Below, piece by piece: positions 1 through 10,069 of a stretch of 64,000 bases of DNA. How positions within the stretch are numbered: the stretch's first letter is position 1; every line of letters starts with the position of its first letter. Position numbers and translations under genes: made by a program. The DNA comes from Pirellulales bacterium (lineage in GTDB: Bacteria; Planctomycetota; Planctomycetia; Pirellulales; JAICIG01): NCBI GenBank assembly GCA_040901675.1, contig JBBDYJ010000025.1:127943-191942 (forward strand). The letters run 5' to 3'. The notes below the pieces were generated by a model. The model was not told the DNA's origin and searched no databases. It saw only the letters and a program-made list of their open reading frames with translations.

Positions 1-360
1 CCGCTTTCGCTTTGCAAGTGCTCGATCGAACATCTTCGCTTTCCGCTACCATTCTTTCGGCAGACTGACCATGCAAGGGTAAGGCGCGCTCTCGCCATTA
101 ACAGCGCACGCCCGCCCACCCCCCCAGCAGCGCTGGTCGCCTCGCCTTTTCTTTCCCCGTCATCGTTCACCTTGTCGCCTTGTCGCCTTGTCCTCTCCCG
201 CCGGGTGCCTGGTGGCCAAGCAGTAGCGTGCCCCAGCCTTCGTCTCCACAGGGTTGAACCGCGGCCTCCTGGCTGGTATGGATAGTGGGCCGCTGCCTGC
301 CCGCGATCCCAAGCCAGCAACCCGCCCGCCCCCCCTCGACACACCAAAGGTCATCACAGC

Positions 361-3054
361 ATGCAAGTCCCCGCCAGAAGGACGGCCGCTTTGCTTTTTT
401 GGTTCGCTTTCTGGCTAGCGGCAACGCTGGCGTGGGACGGTTCGAACGAACCGGCGTGCGCCCAGCCAACCCATCGGCACCCCAGGCAGTCCAAGCAGCC
501 GACACTCGACCGGCCACCGGCCAACCGCCGCCCGCCGCTCGACTACGACCGTGCCCAGGTCGGCCGTCGCCTGGACGGCAAGATCGTCGTGCCCACCAAC
601 CAGGTGCTCTCCCCCTTGGGACGGCAGGTCGCCTTTTCCGGCCGGCCCACCGACGTGGCCCTCTCTCCCGACGGCCGCTGGCTGGCGGTCCTGTCCCGCG
701 ACCAGGTGCTCTCGATCGACGTTGAGGCGGGCCGCGTGGCCCACTTCGTCGACTGGCGCGGCGGCAGCTACACCGGCATGGTCTTCGCCCCCGACGGCCG
801 GACACTCTACGCCTCCAGCATCCGCGGCACCATCGGCGTCTTCGAGGTGGCCGCCGACGGCCGGCTCACCCCCCAGCCGCCGAGCCGCGTCGAGCCCGTG
901 CGAGGCCAGGACAACCCGGTGCCAGCCGGCCTGGCGATCAGCCAAGGCCATTTGTACGCGGCCATGAACCTCAACAACACGCTGGCCGAGATTGACCTGG
1001 CCACCGGCCAGGTGACGCGGCAGATTGCCGTCGGCAGTGCTCCCTACGACGTGGTCGTGGCCGGGCGGAAAGCCTATGTCAGCAACTGGGCCGGCCGCCA
1101 CCCGGAAGAGGACGATCCGCAAGGCCCTTCAGGCCGGGGCACGAAAGTCCGCGTCGATCCTCTGCGGCATATCGCCTCGGACGGCTCGGTTTCGGTCGTC
1201 GATCTGGAGGCCGGCCGCCAGGTGCGCGAGATCGTCGTCGGCCTGCACGCCTCCGGCCTGGCCTTGTCGGGCGACGGCCGCTGGCTGGCGGTTGCCAACG
1301 CCAACAGCGACACCGTCTCGGTGATCGACACGGCCCGCGACGCAGTGGTCGAAACCATCTCCACGCGGCCGGCTCGCAACATGCTTTTCGGCAGTGCGCC
1401 CAACTCGGTGGCCATCTCCAGCGACGGCCGCTGGCTTTATGCGGCCAACGGCACGAACAACGCCGTGGCGGTGATTGCCTTGCGTCCCCCTCATAGCCGG
1501 CTGATGGGCTGCTTCCCCACCGGCTGGTATCCGGCCGGCATGGCGCTCGACCCCGCTCGAAACGCGCTGTACGTGGCGAACATCAAGGGGGTTGGCTCTC
1601 GCAACGCCGACTGGCGCGGCACACGCAAGGTGAAGGACCGCGTGGTATTCGGCTACAACTCGCACGACTACCTGGGCACCGTCTCGCTGGTGCCGCTGCC
1701 GACGCTTGCGCAACTGGCCGGTCACACGGCAACCGTCAACACGAACAACCGTCTGACCGAAGCCACCAGCGCCCTGGCGCCGCCCCGGCGGTCCGCCGCG
1801 CCGCGGCCCATACCCGAGCGGCATGGCGAGCCGTCGGTCTTCAAGCACGTGCTCTACATCATCAAGGAGAACCGCACCTACGACCAGGTGTTTGGCGACG
1901 TCGAGCGGGGCGAGGGAGATCCGGAGCTTTGCATCTTCGGCCGCGAGGTCACGCCCAACCACCACAAGCTGGCCGACGAGTTCGTCCTGCTGGACAACTT
2001 TTACTGCAGCGGCACGCTGAGCGCCGACGGGCACCAGTGGACCGACGAAGCCTACGTGACCGACTACATCGAGAAGGCCTACGGCGGTTGGCCCCGCAGC
2101 TATCCCTACGAGGGCGGCGACGCCATGGCCTATGCCTCCAGCGGCTTCATCTGGGACAACGTGCTGGCGCACAAGCTCTCGCTGCGGGTCTACGGCGAGT
2201 TCGTGTCGGCCACCATCCGCTGGAAGGACCCGGCCCGTGCCGGGCGGCCCGGTTTTCTTGACTGCTATCGCGATTTCGTGGATGGCACCGGCTTGATCGA
2301 GGTGCTCGCCGAACCGGCGATCGAAACCATCCGCCCGCACATCTGCCCGACCGCCATCGGTTTCCCGGGCACCGTTCCCGACGTGCACCGCGCCCAGCAA
2401 TTCATCGACGAGCTGCGCGGCTATGAAGAGCGGGGCGACCTGCCCAACTTCATGATCATGCTCTTGCCCAACGACCATACCACCGGCACCACTCCCGGCA
2501 TGCCGACGCCCGAGGCCGCCGTCGCCGACAACGACCTGGCCCTGGGCCGCATCGTCGAGGCCGTCAGCCAGAGCCGCTTTTGGCGCGAGACGGCCATCTT
2601 TGTGGTGCAGGACGATCCGCAGAACGGCTTCGACCACATCGACGGCCATCGTACGGTGGCCCTGGTCGTCAGCCCCTATACGCGCCGGCGGGTGGTCGAC
2701 AGCACCAACTACAACCAGACCAGCATGATCCGCACGATGGAGCTGATCCTGGGCCTGCCGCCGATGAACCAGTTCGACGCCTCGGCCACGCCGATGGCCA
2801 CCTGCTTTACGGACAAGCCCGACTTCACGCCCTACAAGTCGGTGCCCAACAACATCCCCTTGGACCGCTTGAATCCGCCGTTACAAGCGATCGACGACCC
2901 TCGCCAGTTGCACTGGGCCAAAATCTCGCTCGAGCTTCCGCTGGACGACATCGACCAGGCCGACGAAGACACGTTCAACCGCATTCTCTGGCACGCCGTC
3001 CGGGGCAGCGACGACACCTATCCCTCCTGGGCCGTGCTGGAAAAGGAGGAATGA
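361..3054 (+). CDS. Secreted YVTN/YncE beta-propeller fused to a phosphoesterase (alkaline-phosphatase superfamily) domain
   Basis: Hydrophobic N-terminal signal, repeated 'LSPDGRWL.VAN..S..VSVID' propeller blades, then 'KHVLYIIKENRTYDQVFGD', 'SADGHQW' and 'DDPQNGFDHIDGHR' phosphoesterase motifs. Confidence 0.85.
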   Translation: MQVPARRTAALLFWFAFWLAATLAWDGSNEPACAQPTHRHPRQSKQPTLDRPPANRRPPLDYDRAQVGRRLDGKIVVPTNQVLSPLGRQVAFSGRPTDVALSPDGRWLAVLSRDQVLSIDVEAGRVAHFVDWRGGSYTGMVFAPDGRTLYASSIRGTIGVFEVAADGRLTPQPPSRVEPVRGQDNPVPAGLAISQGHLYAAMNLNNTLAEIDLATGQVTRQIAVGSAPYDVVVAGRKAYVSNWAGRHPEEDDPQGPSGRGTKVRVDPLRHIASDGSVSVVDLEAGRQVREIVVGLHASGLALSGDGRWLAVANANSDTVSVIDTARDAVVETISTRPARNMLFGSAPNSVAISSDGRWLYAANGTNNAVAVIALRPPHSRLMGCFPTGWYPAGMALDPARNALYVANIKGVGSRNADWRGTRKVKDRVVFGYNSHDYLGTVSLVPLPTLAQLAGHTATVNTNNRLTEATSALAPPRRSAAPRPIPERHGEPSVFKHVLYIIKENRTYDQVFGDVERGEGDPELCIFGREVTPNHHKLADEFVLLDNFYCSGTLSADGHQWTDEAYVTDYIEKAYGGWPRSYPYEGGDAMAYASSGFIWDNVLAHKLSLRVYGEFVSATIRWKDPARAGRPGFLDCYRDFVDGTGLIEVLAEPAIETIRPHICPTAIGFPGTVPDVHRAQQFIDELRGYEERGDLPNFMIMLLPNDHTTGTTPGMPTPEAAVADNDLALGRIVEAVSQSRFWRETAIFVVQDDPQNGFDHIDGHRTVALVVSPYTRRRVVDSTNYNQTSMIRTMELILGLPPMNQFDASATPMATCFTDKPDFTPYKSVPNNIPLDRLNPPLQAIDDPRQLHWAKISLELPLDDIDQADEDTFNRILWHAVRGSDDTYPSWAVLEKEE

Positions 3055-3073
3055 CGGTAGAAGGAGGTAATGG

Positions 3074-3150
3074 GACCTCTGACCTCTTGACCTCTGACCT
3101 CTTGACCTCTGACCTCTGACTTCTGACTTCTGACTTCTGACTTCTGACTT
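3074..3150. repeat. Short tandem heptamer repeat (TCTGACC/TCTGACT)n
   Basis: Directly visible; the same unit occurs at ~12318-12373 and, reverse-complemented, at 52210-52315. Confidence 0.9.
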
Positions 3151-3155
3151 CCGAC

Positions 3156-4457
3156 ATGAGCCAGGTTCTCGATCAATTCGAACAGGCCCGCCGCCATCTG
3201 GCCGGCGGCGTTTCCGCCTCGACCCGGCTGAACCGCGCCTTGGGCCACGCGATGCTCTTCGAGCGGGCCGAGGGCTGCCGCGTCTGGGACCTGGACGGCC
3301 GCGAGTACATCGACCTGTGTACCAGCCACGGCGCTACGCTGCTGGGACACGGCGATCCCTCAGTCCGTGAGGCGGTCGATCGGGCGCTGTCCCGCGGAGC
3401 GCCCTGCTCGTATGAAAACCGCATGCACACCGAGTTGGCCGACCTGTTGTGCCAGACGATTCCTTGCTGCGAGCAAGTCCGCTTCACCGGCTCGGGCACC
3501 GAAGCCACGATGCACGTGATCCGGTTGGCCCGCGCCTACACCGGCCGCCCAAAACTGTTGAAGTTCGAGGGCAATTTTCACGGCTATCACGACCAGGTGA
3601 TGTTCTCCATCGGTACGCCCGCCGACAAGCTGGGCAGCGAAGTCGAGCCAACGTTGCACCCAGGCTCGACCGGGATCACCCGCGGCATCGAGCAGCAGCT
3701 CGTGCTGGCTGCGTACAACCGGCCCGACCTGCTGCGCGAAATCTTTCGCCGGCATGCTTCCGAGCTGGCGGCCGTCATCATCGAGCCGATCTGGTACAAC
3801 GCCGGCTGCATCGAGCCGACCGCCGAGTTCATGTCCGCGCTGGTCGAGCTCACCCAACGGCACGACGTGCTGTTGATCTTCGACGAGGTGCTCAGCGCCT
3901 TCCGCATGGCCCTCGGCGGGGCCCAGGAGCACCTGGGCGTCACGCCCGACCTGTGTACTTTGGGCAAGGCGGTTGGCGGCGGCCTCCCCTTGAGCGTGTT
4001 CGGCGGCCGCCAGGCGATCATGCAGCGGCTGATGCCCAGCGGGGACTGCCAGCACAGCGGCACGTACAACGGCCATCAGCTCGGCGTGGCCGCCGGCCTG
4101 GCCGCCCTGACCGCTTACCGCCGGCCCGGTTTTTATGACCACATCCGGTCGCTCGCGGCGCGCTTGTACGACGGCATCAACCAGCTCTTTGTCCGCCATG
4201 GCGTCAACGGGCGCGTGCACGGTTTGGGCGCCCGCTTCGGCATTTATTTCGGCGTCGGGCAGCCCCGCACCTACCGCGACGTGGTGCTGCACGACCGCCA
4301 GAAGATGCTGGCCTTCGTCCGCTCGGCCATTGCCGAAGGGGTCTACTTCCACGACTATGGCGGGGCCGCCTGCCATCACGGCTTCTGCGCCGCCATGACC
4401 CTGGCCGACGTCGACGAGGCGCTCCAGCGGCTCGACCGGGCGATTGCGCGTATGTAG
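3156..4457 (+). CDS. Class III PLP aminotransferase, glutamate-1-semialdehyde aminomutase-like
   Basis: 'WDLDGREYID', 'FTGSGTEA', 'KFEGNFHG', 'LIFDEV', PLP lysine in 'TLGKAVGGG', 'HSGTYNG'. Confidence 0.85.
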   Translation: MSQVLDQFEQARRHLAGGVSASTRLNRALGHAMLFERAEGCRVWDLDGREYIDLCTSHGATLLGHGDPSVREAVDRALSRGAPCSYENRMHTELADLLCQTIPCCEQVRFTGSGTEATMHVIRLARAYTGRPKLLKFEGNFHGYHDQVMFSIGTPADKLGSEVEPTLHPGSTGITRGIEQQLVLAAYNRPDLLREIFRRHASELAAVIIEPIWYNAGCIEPTAEFMSALVELTQRHDVLLIFDEVLSAFRMALGGAQEHLGVTPDLCTLGKAVGGGLPLSVFGGRQAIMQRLMPSGDCQHSGTYNGHQLGVAAGLAALTAYRRPGFYDHIRSLAARLYDGINQLFVRHGVNGRVHGLGARFGIYFGVGQPRTYRDVVLHDRQKMLAFVRSAIAEGVYFHDYGGAACHHGFCAAMTLADVDEALQRLDRAIARM

Positions 4458-4571
4458 AACGGAATTCATTCCGTTTCCCTGAACCGAATTCATTCCGTTT
4501 CTCTGAACCGAGTTCATTCCGTTTGCCAAGTGCATTTTGTTGTTATGAAAACGGAATGAATTCCGTTCTAC
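4454..4571. repeat. GTAG-type REP cluster (GTAG-AACGGAAT-TC-ATTCCGTT) with an inverted terminal copy
   Basis: Copy at 4454-4475, two degenerate internal copies, inverted copy ending CTAC at 4571; another copy at 55890-55911. Confidence 0.8.
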
Positions 4572-4599
4572 GTATGCCGTAGCGAGGACTAAAACACCC

Positions 4600-6120
4600 A
4601 TGCGGATCGCCATCGCTCAGCTCTGGCAGGAAACCAACACCTTCAACACCCAGCCCACGCTTCGGGCCGACTTCGACGCCTTTGGCGTGCTGGCCGGCGA
4701 CGAGCTCGTCGAAAAGATGGCCGACACCAACGAGCTGGGCGGCTTTATCCAGGCGCTGCGGTCCTGGAGCCCTGCGGCCGAGATCGTCGGCTTGGTGCGG
4801 CTGCCCGCCTGGCCCAGCGGCACGGCCACGGCCGGCACGTTCCACTGGCTTCGAGACCAGGTCGCCGATGCGGTCCGCCGCCGGTTGCCCCTCGACGCGG
4901 TGCTCCTGGCACTGCACGGCGCCATGGTGGCCGACGAGTTTCCCGACGTCGAAGGGCACATCTTGGAGGCGGTCCGCGGCCTGGTCGGTCCCGGCGTGCC
5001 GATCGTGGCCACGCTCGACCTGCATGCCAACATCACCGAGCGGATGGCCCGGCAGGCCGACGCCCTGGTGCTGTTCCATACCGCACCGCACATTGACGTC
5101 TTCGAGACCGGCCAGCGTGGGGCCGAAGTGCTGCGCCGCATGTTGTTCGAGGGGGCGCGTCCCGTGACCGCCTTCCAAAAAATCCCCGCGGTCGTGCCTG
5201 CCGAACGGGCCAATACCCAGGATCCGGCGAGCATCAGTTACGGCTTCAATCGCCGGCTCGTCGCCCTGGAGCGCGACCGGCGCATTCTGGCCGCGGGTCT
5301 GGCCACCGTGCAGCCGTGGCTCGATATTCCCGAGCTGGGCAGCAGCGTCGTGGTGGTGGCCGACGGCGATCGCGAACTGGCCCAGGCGGAATGCCAGCGG
5401 TTGGCGGGCGACTTCTGGCTTCACCGTCGCGACTACCTGCCCGAGTTGACCGATTTGGAAACGGCCGTGCGCGAAGCGCACGATTGCCGCGACGGGCTCG
5501 TGGTGCTCGGCGACGGCGCCGACTCGACGACCTCCGGGGCGCCGGGCGACAGCAACTGGCTGCTCAAAGAATTCTTGAAGTACGACTGGCCCAGGCCAGT
5601 CCTGCTCCCACTCGTTGCGCCGGACATTGTTGACGTAGCCCGCCGGTCCGGCGCCGGCAGCACGATCACCGCCTCGCTGGGCGGCAAGCTCGACTCGCGG
5701 TTCTCCACGCCGCTGGTGCTCGATGTCCGCGTCGAGCGCCTGTTCGATGCCCGCTTCGTGCTCTCCGGCCACCTCGCCCGCAACCTGCCCATCGACATGG
5801 GTCCCTCGGCCGTCTTGCGGCACGGCAACATCCACATCGTGGTCACCTCGCGCAGCGGCCCGCACTTTGCCCCCGAGCTGTTCCGTTGCGGTGGCCTGGA
5901 TCCGCTCTCCGCTGGCGTGCTGGTGGCCAAGAGTCCCTGCGGCTTCCGGGCAGCCTACCAGCCGCACGCCAAGAAGATCATCATGGTCCGCGCCCCCGGC
6001 TGTGCCCCCTCCGACTTCTGGAACTACGAGTACCGCAACATCACTCGCCCCCTCTGGCCCTGGGATGAGCTGCCCGACTGGCAGCCCGATCCGCTCCTCA
6101 CCCCGCCCCCCCGTAGCTGA
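4600..6120 (+). CDS. M81 family metallopeptidase (MlrC-like)
   Basis: 'QETNTF', 'LHGAM', 'TLDLHAN', 'HTAPHID', 'VAKS' motifs; 506 aa. Confidence 0.85.
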   Translation: MRIAIAQLWQETNTFNTQPTLRADFDAFGVLAGDELVEKMADTNELGGFIQALRSWSPAAEIVGLVRLPAWPSGTATAGTFHWLRDQVADAVRRRLPLDAVLLALHGAMVADEFPDVEGHILEAVRGLVGPGVPIVATLDLHANITERMARQADALVLFHTAPHIDVFETGQRGAEVLRRMLFEGARPVTAFQKIPAVVPAERANTQDPASISYGFNRRLVALERDRRILAAGLATVQPWLDIPELGSSVVVVADGDRELAQAECQRLAGDFWLHRRDYLPELTDLETAVREAHDCRDGLVVLGDGADSTTSGAPGDSNWLLKEFLKYDWPRPVLLPLVAPDIVDVARRSGAGSTITASLGGKLDSRFSTPLVLDVRVERLFDARFVLSGHLARNLPIDMGPSAVLRHGNIHIVVTSRSGPHFAPELFRCGGLDPLSAGVLVAKSPCGFRAAYQPHAKKIIMVRAPGCAPSDFWNYEYRNITRPLWPWDELPDWQPDPLLTPPPRS

Positions 6121-6199
6121 ATTCGCCAGCCCGTAGCTGAATTCGCCAGAATTCAGGCCCTCGTCCACCTCCCTCGTAGCTGAATTCGCCAGAATTCAG
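6113..6199 (+). repeat. GTAG-type REP cluster (GTAG-CTGAATTC-GCCA-GAATTCAG), 3 copies
   Basis: Copies start at 6113 (partial), 6133 and 6176; related GTAGCGGAATTC copies at 27310 and 28249. Confidence 0.8.
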
Positions 6200-6303
6200 G
6201 CCGCCATCCACCTCCCACTTCCCCCGAACCATGGCGATGTCCGCCATGGGCCGGGTAAAATCAAGCCGACTCTCCATCTCCGCATCCCAAAGCCCGACAT
6301 GCC

Positions 6304-8652
6304 ATGAACTCAATCGCCCCGAAGCTCCTTCTTGCCCTCACGTGGATCGCTGCCGTTGCCCAGGATAGCCACGCCGCCGAGCAATCTCCCCTGAAAGCCG
6401 TCCCGTTTCAGGACGTGAGCATCGCCGACGCCTTCTGGTCGCCGCGCATCGCCACGAATCAGACTGCCACGATCGAAGCCAATCTGCACCAGTGCGAAGT
6501 CACGGGCCGCCTCAAGAACTTCGCCGTCGCCGGCAAGCTGGTCGAAGGCAAGCATGAGGGGCTGCTCTTCAACGATTCCGACGTCTACAAGGTGATCGAG
6601 GGGATCGCCTACACCCTGGCCGGCCGGCGCGACAAGAAACTCGAGGCCCGCACCGACGAGATCATCGACCTGATTGCCGCCGCCCAGCAGGAAGATGGCT
6701 ATCTGAACACCTATTACACGCTGGTCGAGCCCGACAAGCGCTGGCAAAACATCCAGTATGGCCACGAGCTCTACTGCGCCGGGCACCTGGTCGAGGCGGC
6801 CGTGGCCTACTACCAGGCCACCGGCAAGCGCAAGCTGGTGGACGTGGCGATCCGCTTCGCCGACCACATCGACTCGGTCTTCGGCCCCGACAAGCGGCAC
6901 GAGACGTGCGGCCACCAGGAGCTGGAACTGGCACTGGTCAAGCTATACCGGACCACCGGCGAGCGGCGCTATTTGAAACTGGCTGGTTTCCTGCTCGACA
7001 TGCGGGGCAGCGACGACGGCCGGCGGTTGTTCGGCGAGTACGCCCAGGACCACGTGCCCATCCGCCGACAGCGCGAGGTGACCGGCCATGCCGTGCGGGC
7101 CATGTACCTCTACTCCGCCATGGCCGACGTGGCCGCCGAAACCGTCGACCAGGGCCTGCTCGAGGCCCTCGATGCCATCTGGCACGACGTGGCCGACCGC
7201 AAGATGTACATCACCGGCGGCATCGGCCCCTCGGCACACAACGAAGGCTTCACCGTCCCCTACGATCTGCCCAACGACTCCGCCTACGCCGAGACGTGTG
7301 CGGCCATCGGCATGGCGCTCTGGAACCACCGGATGTTCCTGATGTCCGGCGACGCAAAATACGCCGACGTGCTGGAGCGCGAGGTGTACAACGGCCTCGT
7401 GTCCGGTGTGTCGCTCACCGGCGATCGCTTTTTTTACGTCAATCCGCTGGGAAGCAAGGGCCAACATCACCGTGTGCCCTGGTTCGATTGCTCCTGCTGC
7501 CCGACCAACATCGTCCGTTACATTCCCGGCATGGGCGAGCGGGCCTATGCCCATCGCGGCAACACTCTGTGGACCGTGCTCTACATGGGCGGCTCGGCCG
7601 ATATCTCGCTGGAGGGCGGCAAAGTGCGCCTCACTCAAAAGACGCGCTATCCCTGGGATGGCCAAATAGTGCTCACGGTCGAGCCGGAGCGCAGCTTCCC
7701 CTTCGATCTTCACTTGCGCGTGCCGGGTTGGTGTGCCGAGCCGCCCCGCGTGACGGTCAACGGCAAAGCGGTCGAGCAGCCCACCATCGACCGCGGCTAC
7801 CTGAAGCTCAGCCGCACGTGGCAGGCAGGCGACCTCGTCGAGCTCGAGCTGCCGATGAGCGTCCAGCGAGTGTATGCCGATCCCCGGGTGGCGGCGAACC
7901 GGGGGCGCGTGGCCCTCCAGCGAGGCCCTGTCGTGTACTGTCTCGAAGGCGCCGATAACGCCGATCGCGTCCGCGGCCTCTGTCTGCCACGTGAAGCCCG
8001 CCTCTCGGAGTCGTTCGAGAGCGACCTGCTGGGAGGCGTCGTGGTGCTGCGCGGCGAAGCGCTGGCGGTCTCGCGCGGCGAAGATGGCGAGTTGGCCACC
8101 GAGCCGTTCAACTTCACCGCGGTTCCCTACTCGACCTGGGACAATCGGCGGCCCGGCCCGATGGTGGTCTGGCTTCCTGAGGATCCGAAGCTGGCCGAGA
8201 TTCCCGGCGAGGAGGGCGTGCGATCGGGCGAGATGACCATTCGCGCCTCGCACGTGAACCCCACCGACTCGCTGGCCGCCCTGGCCGATGGCCGGCTGCC
8301 CGAGTCTTCAGGCGATCACAATCTGCCGCGGATGACCTGGTGGGACCATCGCGGCGGCACCGAGTGGGTCAGTTGCCGCTTCGACAAGCCGCGCACGCTG
8401 GGCCGCGCCGCCGTCTATTGGTTCGACGACACGGGGGTTGGCGCCTGCCGGGTGCCCCAGGAGTGGCGGCTCTTATGGCTCGACGGCGACGCGTGGAAGA
8501 GCGTCGAGTTGACCCGTACCTCCAGCTACGGCATCGCCGCCGACCAGTTCAACGCCGTCGAGTTCGAGCCCATCACCACCCGCGAGCTGCGCCTGAAGGT
8601 CACGCTCCAGCCCCGCTACTCCGCCGGCATCCTCGAATGGCAGGTCGAATAG
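6304..8652 (+). CDS. Glycoside hydrolase family 127 (beta-L-arabinofuranosidase-like) with a C-terminal beta-sandwich domain
   Basis: Signal peptide; 'FNDSDVYK', 'HELYCAGH', 'GHAVRAMYLY', 'YAETCA', 'WFDCSCCPTN', 'RGPVVYCLE'. Confidence 0.9.
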   Translation: MNSIAPKLLLALTWIAAVAQDSHAAEQSPLKAVPFQDVSIADAFWSPRIATNQTATIEANLHQCEVTGRLKNFAVAGKLVEGKHEGLLFNDSDVYKVIEGIAYTLAGRRDKKLEARTDEIIDLIAAAQQEDGYLNTYYTLVEPDKRWQNIQYGHELYCAGHLVEAAVAYYQATGKRKLVDVAIRFADHIDSVFGPDKRHETCGHQELELALVKLYRTTGERRYLKLAGFLLDMRGSDDGRRLFGEYAQDHVPIRRQREVTGHAVRAMYLYSAMADVAAETVDQGLLEALDAIWHDVADRKMYITGGIGPSAHNEGFTVPYDLPNDSAYAETCAAIGMALWNHRMFLMSGDAKYADVLEREVYNGLVSGVSLTGDRFFYVNPLGSKGQHHRVPWFDCSCCPTNIVRYIPGMGERAYAHRGNTLWTVLYMGGSADISLEGGKVRLTQKTRYPWDGQIVLTVEPERSFPFDLHLRVPGWCAEPPRVTVNGKAVEQPTIDRGYLKLSRTWQAGDLVELELPMSVQRVYADPRVAANRGRVALQRGPVVYCLEGADNADRVRGLCLPREARLSESFESDLLGGVVVLRGEALAVSRGEDGELATEPFNFTAVPYSTWDNRRPGPMVVWLPEDPKLAEIPGEEGVRSGEMTIRASHVNPTDSLAALADGRLPESSGDHNLPRMTWWDHRGGTEWVSCRFDKPRTLGRAAVYWFDDTGVGACRVPQEWRLLWLDGDAWKSVELTRTSSYGIAADQFNAVEFEPITTRELRLKVTLQPRYSAGILEWQVE

Positions 8653-8724
8653 CACAGCGGCAGGAATGCAACATCTCAGATCCCGTACGGACACAATCGC
8701 CGTGTGCGACGGGCGCCGTGTGCG

Positions 8725-9243
8725 ATGGGTGAGGGAGTCGGCTTGAAGAATCTCGTTGATCTGAACCTGAAGTGTGAGGATTTCCTGAAGAACAATCGCC
8801 ACCTTTACGCCCATAAGGCTGGGCGGAAGAAGATAGCACTCATAAGTATTGAGGCGGCAAACGAGAAGTCTGGCGACGTGCGGCTCGTCCTCGGGGCCGC
8901 CAGGCTGATCGCCGGTGGGCAGAGCCATAACGTTGAGCCCCCGGCCGTCATCATCCGGAAGCTCTCGGAGTTCACATGGGACTTCCTGCTCTACTCGATC
9001 ATTGACTTCCAGCCCGTGCTGGCCGCGGTGGATGCCTTCTTCTTGCTGACCGGCCCGCTCTACAATCGGAGACTCAGAAAGCAGTTGCGTTTGCTTTCAG
9101 ACGGCGAGATGCTGCTTGGACCGGGCGAGTGCAAGCAGGCGATCGTTGGTTTCCGCGGTGTCTCCCGCGGAGCCCAGGAACTCGAACTTTCGTATTGCAG
9201 CCCGGATGGCGAGCAACGCAAGCTCCAGTGTGCCATTCGTTAA
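8725..9243 (+). CDS. Hypothetical protein (ORFan)
   Basis: 172-aa ORF, visibly less GC-rich than its neighbours, lying between two copies of the GH127 3' end; no recognisable motif. Confidence 0.55.
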   Translation: MGEGVGLKNLVDLNLKCEDFLKNNRHLYAHKAGRKKIALISIEAANEKSGDVRLVLGAARLIAGGQSHNVEPPAVIIRKLSEFTWDFLLYSIIDFQPVLAAVDAFFLLTGPLYNRRLRKQLRLLSDGEMLLGPGECKQAIVGFRGVSRGAQELELSYCSPDGEQRKLQCAIR

Positions 9244-9272
9244 CGCGGCTTCCCATCATTCACCGAAAAAAA

Positions 9273-9637
9273 GGGGATAAGTCCAATATCGCGCTGGATG
9301 ACGAGCCTCACACGCCGCCAAGACCCAAACAATTGGACTTATCCCCGACTTACCTCTTTTCCCGTCCTTTGCGGCATGGGAGTCGCGGTATGCCCAAAAC
9401 AAAAGCTCCCTTCCACGGCAGTCGGACAGTTAAAGGTTGCAGGAACCGATTCCAGGACAGTGGGTACGCGAAAAAGCGTGGGACAAATGCACGAAGCCCC
9501 CACGTCGCTGGCGGGCCAGCGGCCCCAATAGCGACAGCCGGTCGCTCGCATCGCCGAAAAAAGGGGATAAGTCCAATATCGTGCTGGACCACGAGCCCCA
9601 CACGCTGCCAGGACCCCCAAAAATTGGACTTATCCCC
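9273..9637. repeat. Two ~75-bp miniature elements with 15-bp terminal inverted repeats GGGGATAAGTCCAAT...ATTGGACTTATCCCC
   Basis: Elements at 9273-9346 and 9563-9637 with similar internal sequences. Confidence 0.85.
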
Positions 9638-9654
9638 TTTTCACTTCACTTGCA

Positions 9655-9805
9655 TCCAGCTACACCACCGCCGCTGACCAGTTCAACGCCGTCGAGTTCG
9701 AGCCCGTAACCACTCGCGAGCTGCGCCTGAAGGTCAAGCTCCAGCACCGCTACTCCGCCGGCATCCTCGAATGGCAGGTGGAATAGCACAGCGACAGGAA
9801 TGCAA
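9655..9805 (+). pseudogene. Duplicated 3' end of the GH127 gene (last ~43 codons, stop and downstream bases)
   Basis: 151 bp matching 8521-8671 with 11 substitutions by manual alignment. Confidence 0.9.
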
Positions 9806-10007
9806 AATGCCGCGCCGAAAAAAAACGGGGAGCGACCCACGCTGCCGTTTTGCACGTTCTCGAGCCGATAGAGCGCCACACTTTTCTTCGGCTTACTCGC
9901 CTTGAAAGTAAAACGGCGTTATTCGACTCGGAACAATTTGGCCAACGGGGGTCAAGCGCCCCTATCGAGGCATTCTACTCGATGACCATGCACGGATGTC
10001 AAGAAAA

Positions 10008-10043
10008 AATACCAGTCTTAATACCAGTCTTAATACCAGTCTT
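10008..10043. repeat. 12-bp tandem repeat AATACCAGTCTT x3
   Basis: Directly visible just downstream of the PDZ gene. Confidence 0.85.
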
Positions 10044-10069
10044 TTTTATCCCACTCCAATAACGAAACC

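Noticed and set aside
3156..4457. Naming the aminotransferase hemL
   Set aside because: The N-terminal segment ('GGVSASTR') departs from the usual HemL 'GGVNSPVR' and the context is catabolic
8521..9805. GH127 tail duplication as a DGR template/variable repeat pair
   Set aside because: Only 5 of 11 differences have A in the second copy and 1 in the first, so there is no adenine-specific pattern; no reverse transcriptase is in the window
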